The notes beneath the pieces are model-generated. The model did no database searches. It saw only the letters and a list, made by a program, of their open reading frames with translations, and was not told where the DNA came from. DNA of 58,856 bases, counting the filler, from Sluysia triapertura (taxonomy: Eukaryota): NCBI GenBank assembly GCA_046118255.1. It is 5 parts of 5 records of this genome, joined end to end, with 100 filler letters (N's around TTAATTAATTAA, not from the genome) between each part and the next. Parts side by side here need not be neighbours in the genome. Positions count along the whole stretch, not along the records: positions 47,178 to 58,856 come from JBJNIA010180694.1; 4 more parts are not named here. One strand, 5' to 3'. This document shows positions 52,097 to 58,856 of this stretch, piece after piece. Numbering within the stretch: position 1 is the first letter of the stretch; each line of letters begins with the position of its first letter. The translations under genes were made by a program, and so were the position numbers.

Positions 52097-52459
52097 TTAA
52101 AAGAAGTAATGGAATCTATTGAAGAAGTCAGGACTCGGGAACCCGCACAAAATCAACAGATAATTGAAGATGAACCAGTTACAAAAGAAAAAGATGACAT
52201 AAATAATATAGATAACCATTCTTTGCTGCAGCAGCAACAAGAATCAAAATTGTCTTCAAGTCAAAACCTTTCCACAGAACACAAATCAGATATTCAAGAA
52301 GCAAATAATTTTATATGTCATTCAAGAACACCTTCAAGTGCACTGAGTGAACCCATTTCAGATATTGTTGATTGGAACAATCGATTTGTGTGTAGATCAA
52401 TTGAAGAATGTCATTCCAGTTTTAAAGCTGATGAAAAATTGATTTCGAATGATAAACAA
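52097..52459 (+). CDS. SECISBP2L: SECISBP2L-like downstream exon
   Basis: Phase 0/0 with TATAG acceptor and GTAAGA donor. HSRTPSSALSEPISD resembles SECISBP2L HSRNPSAAS...ISEPISE. Confidence 0.75.
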
Positions 52460-52658
52460 GTAAGATTTGAATAGAAAATTTTGCACAATTCTATAAGGTA
52501 TTGTTTCAAAAATATCCTACAAAAAACTTTTCTAGCACGATAATACTAAATCCCACACTTTCGTGATATGAGGAAACATTGAAAGAATTAAATGAAATTG
52601 AAATTTTACAATATTCAACATTAAACTCCAATTTTAGTACCATTAAATTATTATAGAT

Positions 52659-52909
52659 CAGTGGTTTTCACACTTTATCCTGCGACCCACTTTACGAGTC
52701 CAAATTTTTTCGCGACCACTAGAGACTAAAATAAAAAAATGAAAATGTTTACTAATAACATATTAGAACATACTTTTTTTGCATTAAGAAACAATTTACT
52801 ATTTTTCGTCTAATAATATCAATAAAATAAAATTTATTTAATTTTTAGACTTCTCATATTTAAAGAATATTTTCTTATGAATACTTTACTATAACTTTGA
52901 AGAACATTG
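52659..52909. mobile_element. hAT (Charlie/Buster-type) MITE with 8-bp target-site duplication
   Basis: TTATAGAT on both sides (52651-52658 and 52910-52917). Imperfect TIRs CAGTGGTTTTCACACT / ACTTTGAAGAACATTG (11/16). The 3' half is homologous to ~6905-7056. Confidence 0.8.
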
Positions 52910-54059
52910 TTATAGATCAGTTGTCCATTTCTATTATTTAAGGGTGCCACGAACACGGTCATATCCAAAGAAAACCGTAGTTTCACAGTACTTTCATTAT
53001 ATTATAGGAAGAACATGTTTTCTAAATAAATAAATACATTTAAAAAAAAAAGAAGTTCCGAAACTCATTTAAAACCACGTCCTTCTTATCCAATGGACTA
53101 AATGAGCCACAGTCCAATAACGCTGATTAATTAAGGATGTCTAGAAATTTTTATTTTTAGTTATATCTAATTTATAATGTTTTCTTTGTTAACCTAAATA
53201 TATAAAATATATTAACGTTTAAAAATATTCACTATGCTTATTTTGTTTGTATTGTTAGATTGTCAGCACAATCCTTTGAAATAATACTTTTTAATATCAA
53301 TATAAAAGTGCTATTTATTTCGGAGAATGAAAATTTCCTTCTCATTTTGTAGAAAATTATTGTATAAACTGATAAGAAAATTAGAATTATATTAAATCTT
53401 TTAAAGATAAAGAAACCTATTCAAAAAGAACCTACTGCTTATCATGGAAATTTGAACAATAGTTTGATAAATTCCTCGATCTTCTGCAGTCAATTGATTA
53501 ACTCTGAGATGGTGATTCCAGTGATTGTTTCATCCAAAATTATAACGCGAAAGTTTTCTGAAAAGTAGTGAAATCTCTTGTGTCCGAACAGACTTTTGAA
53601 CAATTGTGTGATAAAATTTTATTGTTGCGCTCTTTAAATACTATTTTTGCGAGCAATAAAACCCGAGTGGTAAAATAATAAAATCCAAGTAATAAAATTC
53701 AAATAATTTTTTAAATGAATAAAAATGAAATAAAATCCAGATGATAAAATTTAAATATCAAAGTAAAATTTATAATAAAATAAGTGTAAGATTTAATTTT
53801 TAATTATTATTAATATTCTTTTTATTACTGTCATTGAAAATAATCGATAATAAAAAATTTATTAATATCTATATAAATTTTATTATAGTCGTAAAATCAT
53901 CATAAAATTTTATGTTATTTACAGTCATCACAATATAAAATATTTATATGTAAAATAAACTACATAAATACTAGTAATAATGATATATTCTGTCAATATT
54001 GATAATCTAAATATACTATACACACGCTAATAATAATAGTAGCAATATATACTGGTATT

Positions 54060-54540
54060 TCGTAAACCATTGATTTAATCAGTTAAAGGTTTATGATCTG
54101 TGCATAGATAAACTTTCTGTTTTAATAAATAATGATTTATATGAATATAGGATTTCTAGGCATTCTTTTTCTATTGTATAGTAGTTCATTTCAGCTTTAC
54201 TTAAGGGACAGCTTGCGTGTGATATAGCTCCTAAATTATTATTTTTGTCCTAAAATCGCTCCATTTGCATAATTACTAGGATTCTTTCAAATGAACAAAT
54301 GTAGTTGTTTGTTCTTCGGTAGATTTAAATTCTACATCTTTTTTAGTTAATAATGGTTGAGTTACTTAGGCAAAATATTTAACATATATTTTTATAAATT
54401 TTTTAACGAATCTTTTGAAAGTCCTAGAAACTTTGAATTTAACAACTTTTTAAATTGTTTTAATACCATTTTTGATACTATATGACATTAAGAAATTTAA
54501 AACTTTAATAAAATTGAAATTTTTGTAATTAAATTTAAAA
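54060..54540 (-). mobile_element. Second, heavily deleted Gypsy RT/RH relic related to 27200-27900
   Basis: Shares TTTTCTAT..TAGTTCATTTCAGCTTTA and TTTGTCC.AAAAT.GCTCC with 27410-27520 (KAEMNY.TIEKECL). Confidence 0.7.
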
Positions 54541-55683
54541 TTGATTGCCCACTTAAGGCCATACGAAACGAAAACAACAATCAGAAGAGTAGTTGATCCT
54601 AAAAACAAATAACAATCAACAAAATCATTATTACGCGATAAATAACAAATAGAGCATATGCTAACAAGGTTTTTGAGTTCAAAAATCAGTACTCAAAATT
54701 TTCAAAATTAAAACGTTTAGTCACATCGCTAATTTCAGATAGATCCGGTCAATAGAGCATTATCTAAATCTTCATCAACTGAAGCACGCTTGAATACATA
54801 AAAAGAAATGTTACGCTGCATATATTTATTAAGATTTATTGTTAATTTAGAGTTTTAAATTAGAATTAGAAATAGAATTTTTACTAAAATATACAAATGT
54901 CTTATTTACATGAAGGTCTAAATTTTATATATTTGCTACATTTATCACTAACACAATCCATGTAATTGCTATAACCAAAATGTTTAACCTTTAATGTACG
55001 AATGTTATATATAACTAACATTTATAAAATTTAATTCAAAAGACAAATATTATATATAAAAATGTAATTTGAACAGTTACAATAATAACAGTAACGATGT
55101 GACAGCATTAACAATAATTTTATCATTTTTATGAATTGAATGTAAGGAATTTGTTCATGTATATATGTGTACAAATAAGTGTAAGTATTGTATTTATAGT
55201 TTTTGTTGAAAGAATTTGTTAATGCGAGAGAAAGTGTACAAAAGTGAAAGTAAATGATTGTCAATTGAGTTTGATTGTTAACTGAATTTTGGTTAAGTTT
55301 TTTTGTTGTACGTGCGATTGTGAAATTGAAATCACCATAATGACTCCCAAGTATATAAGACATTTGAATTTCTAATGAATGTTCTTCGTTGTGAGCCTAT
55401 TTTGATTGGTCAAGACAGTTTTTCATATACTAAATAATTACATTAAATATTTAACCTTACTATTGGTATCAATAGTAAGATTGTAACATTGTCACTTATT
55501 TGGTGAGATGCTTTCAGTATTAAAAAAACCTCTTTTCTACATAATCATAATAATAATAATTATTATTATTATTTAGTGTTCGAATACAAGTCTGAAATAC
55601 ACATTCTGAAAATTTGTAATTTCATTTTGAATATGTTAACTTACATTTTGAAAAAATAAATTCAGTTTTAATTTTAGTAACAA

Positions 55684-56165
55684 TTATATATATAATGATA
55701 GTTCATTACGTGGTACAATAGCAGTAGATGGAGTAAGTGTACCACATAATGAACAATCATTTTCAGTCCCGAACCTAACATCAAACCCATATTTAACAAA
55801 AATCAAATTGCCTTCGTCATATTTTGCAAGTATTTCAAAGAACTGTCTGAAGTGAATATTTCTAGCCTCCAGTGGTTCATCGACATTTCTTCTTAAAGGT
55901 ATTAAAGATATCCTTTTGAATGAGTAATTAAAACGTTTAATGTAGCTATCAAATGTTGATACGTTCATTTCTGACGAAGAGCTTTCAGTGTCAATAGGGC
56001 TTTGTTCATCTGTCAAAGCTTTTTGTGAACACCACCTTTTAATTTACGTTCCATTTTACTTTCCTCTAAACGTAAATAGACGGTAGTTTTATATTTAAAA
56101 CGACAGCTATTTGTGTTTTAGATATATTTTTTAAATAAGAATCAATTATTCTGTCATTTTTCATT
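55684..56165 (-). mobile_element. IS630/Tc1-like transposase relic
   Basis: HTH-like QIAVVLNIK..., then LTDEQ, VSTFDSYIKRFNYSFKRISLIPLRRN and a degenerate first-Asp region NLIFVKYGFDV (cf. LIFIDESGFN). Confidence 0.65.
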
Positions 56166-57241
56166 AGAAAGCATTTTTAAGATTAAAGTAATTTATTTAA
56201 ATTGATATTTTTACGCACATCCAACTTTGATTTACAAATTTTCAAAATGTGGTCTTTAAAGCCTGTAAGTAGTATTTAAAAGCAATAAATATTAACAAGA
56301 TGTAATTGCTCTTGTAGATCCATGGTTCATCGAAGTTTCTTTTAACCATAAGCTTAATTGACTATTTAGACCATTTAACGTTAAGTTTTGTTTAAGAAAA
56401 TGCTGTTTTCCGAGAAATTATGTTGATGTATAAAAGTAAAATTATGCTTTAATATATTCATTCACAGTACACCTATAATCACAAGGGATATAATTTATTA
56501 CTCATATTATAAAAAGCGTTTAGAGTAGGTCAGTCATTGAAATATTTCTGTAATAAAATAAACTTGGTATTTTTCTTGTAAATTTTCGTAATAACTCTAG
56601 AGAATATGCTTGAAGCATAAACGTTTTGTAATCGACTATCCAACTTATTATCATTGTGGATTTTGCACAAATTATTATATCTTGAAAATGTTGTTTTGTT
56701 TAGTGTTTCCTAGGGTGTTCGGAACATCTATCATTAGTATTTTTGTAGATTATTATCATAATTTTTAATTTTGCTTAAGAAATGTGTGTAATCTTTTAGG
56801 ATGGAGTGTTTTATAGAAAATCCCTCTTCGTCTTCTTAATTGATTCACTAGTGATTGTACTTTCTGTGTTTCACTGTTTTGATTGCGTTTGGTTATTTTG
56901 TGTTTGTTGGATTGTGGATACAACTACAAGAAAACGGTGCGTATACTAGGAATAATATATTAGAGCGACTTCATTTTGGAACTCATCTTGTACTTCCCTT
57001 CTTGACGGCGTTTATAATATAAATAAACTTCATTAAGTAACTTTTTATTGTATTATTTTAAGATAAAAAATCGAACTGAATGTGACGCCTATTATTTGAT
57101 TATATTTTTTTCATTACTTTTTATTATTAGCTTGTTTTTAGTTCTGTCACTCTTGATTATTAGTTGTCGATTAATTTAATTATCATAATATAATTATTTA
57201 ACTTGTAACCTAACATTTTTTGATATAATATTTATTGGAGA

Positions 57242-58560
57242 TGTAGTGGCCAACCTTCACAACCACTAAAATTTTATTAAAAATTAATATTTTTTCTCCT
57301 TTCATCATACTTTAATACTCATATATTCATCTCTTACATACCTTTTAAACTCAATTCATATTCACAATTTCACAACATTCAAATCACAAGTACACCCAAC
57401 ATTACCAATTTACATTAACTAATCCACCAAAAACGTGTACTCGACATTCACAATAAGCCAACAACAAACACATTCGTAATAATCCACTCAATACTTTCGA
57501 ACTCTTCATTTACATTACATTTTAACAATTAATACTTAATATTTAATAATATTTATTCAATAGCTTATTTGCTTAAACTAAATCACAGTCACAAACTTAT
57601 AACACATAAACCACAATTACATTTAATACCATTTCACAACACCAATAAATCTACTTGAAACATATAAAATACCTACTTCGCATTTTCGAATCAATTACAA
57701 CATTTCAAATTCACTATTCATCTATGCACAATCATCAACAACACAGTACAACAACACCAAAAACATCAAATAAACAAATCACACAAAACATTGTATAATA
57801 ACATCTTAAATATACCAAGAGTTGTATTGCAGTTCTCCCTTTAGATTTATCAGATTACAATCTTCTCAACAAGTCTTTTATCTACGATCTTTCAACACTT
57901 AAATCTTATTTTCAATTATAAACCTCAATCAGTACCTAAGAACTCATTCTAACATTCTCTATTTCAAATCAATTATTATATCTTTAAGGGTTAATTATAT
58001 TATTACTCAGAAATTTAGTCTCAAATACGTTTTAATTTATTTCAACATGTTAAAATCCTTCAATAATTTAAGGAAAATCATATATAGTTTTAAAGAATTC
58101 AATTTTATACAACGAAGTAGAATAGTGTACCCTGTTATCGTTGCCCTTTCATACAATGTCAGCAATTTTTATTTCATTTTTTTATTTTTATATGTAAAGA
58201 AGAAAATATTAAAAAGCAAGATCGTGTGAAATATCTAAAAGAGAGTTTATGCGATTTTTCTTTTTATTTTTCTTGTTAATAATAATAATAACAATATTGT
58301 TGTTATTATTATTATCATTATTATCAATTTTTCCATTAATATTAATTTAATTTTTACAAAATTGTACAAATAGTTGCTGCCATCACCAGTATTGACATTA
58401 CTCATCAAAATCTTCATTATTGTGTCAATACTGATGATGGCCAATCATCAGCAATCATTGATTGTATGTATCAAGATTTGTCTTTTTGACTATCACCCAA
58501 TCAGGGTTAATTTCATTGAATCGTATATTGGCAAACCCTGATTGGATAATCAACTGCCAG
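57242..58560 (+). mobile_element. Best-preserved copy of the LTR-like modular repeat
   Basis: TGTAGTGGCCAACCTT start, ~600-bp AC-rich tract, 19-bp stem 58379-58397/58423-58441 (one mismatch), 12-bp stem CCAATCAGGGTT/AACCCTGATTGG at 58497-58545. Confidence 0.7.
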
Positions 58561-58856
58561 TAAGTTAATAGTTGATTTTAATTTATTAAACCAATGTAAT
58601 ATTTTTATGGCAAAAATTTTTGATTAAAAAATAGATATAATGAATAAAATAAATGCCTTTTGCGAATTGTCGTATTGAACCTACATTAGTTAGTAACGTT
58701 GTTCCACCCAATGTTGAAAATAATTTACAATATGTTGTTAAAGCTGCATTATCAAATTTCTTAAACCAATTATCATGCTTACTGTGGTGCCACACTTTAA
58801 CACAACATACACACTATTCATCACCACCACCAAGTGCACCATCTACATCACAAACA

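Overview
Very AT-rich (roughly a quarter GC by eye), repeat-dense eukaryotic (metazoan) DNA, not prokaryotic. The 32-34 nt introns, (AAT)n tracts and strand-skewed LTR-like repeats look flatworm-like, but the taxon is only an inference. The window is five pieces joined by artificial 100-bp linkers (N44-TTAATTAATTAA-N44 at 11094, 22477, 33684, 47078), so adjacency across those points carries no meaning. Host genes I could reconstruct by hand: part of an AGFG1/drongo-like ArfGAP gene (-), an intronless AUH (-), a spliced gene with tandem DUF1330-like domains (+), the 5' part of a MEKK2/3 (MAP3K2/3) gene with PB1 domain and kinase N-lobe (+), and two exons of a SECISBP2L/SBP2 gene (+). There is also a frameshifted MFSD2-like pseudogene and a degenerate tRNA-His-like sequence. 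The rest is transposon debris: Ty3/Gypsy, mariner/Tc1/IS630, hAT (SPIN/Charlie and Ac types) and a piggyBac-like MITE. The most interesting signals are (i) a modular repeat found on four pieces, with a TG start, an AC-skewed tract, a long hairpin and paired inverted CCAATCAG boxes at a fixed 48-49 bp span, followed in two copies by long orphan ORFs, and (ii) a Gypsy relic whose aspartic protease lies downstream of RT-RNase H. All protein identities come from motifs I recognised from memory; no searches were run.
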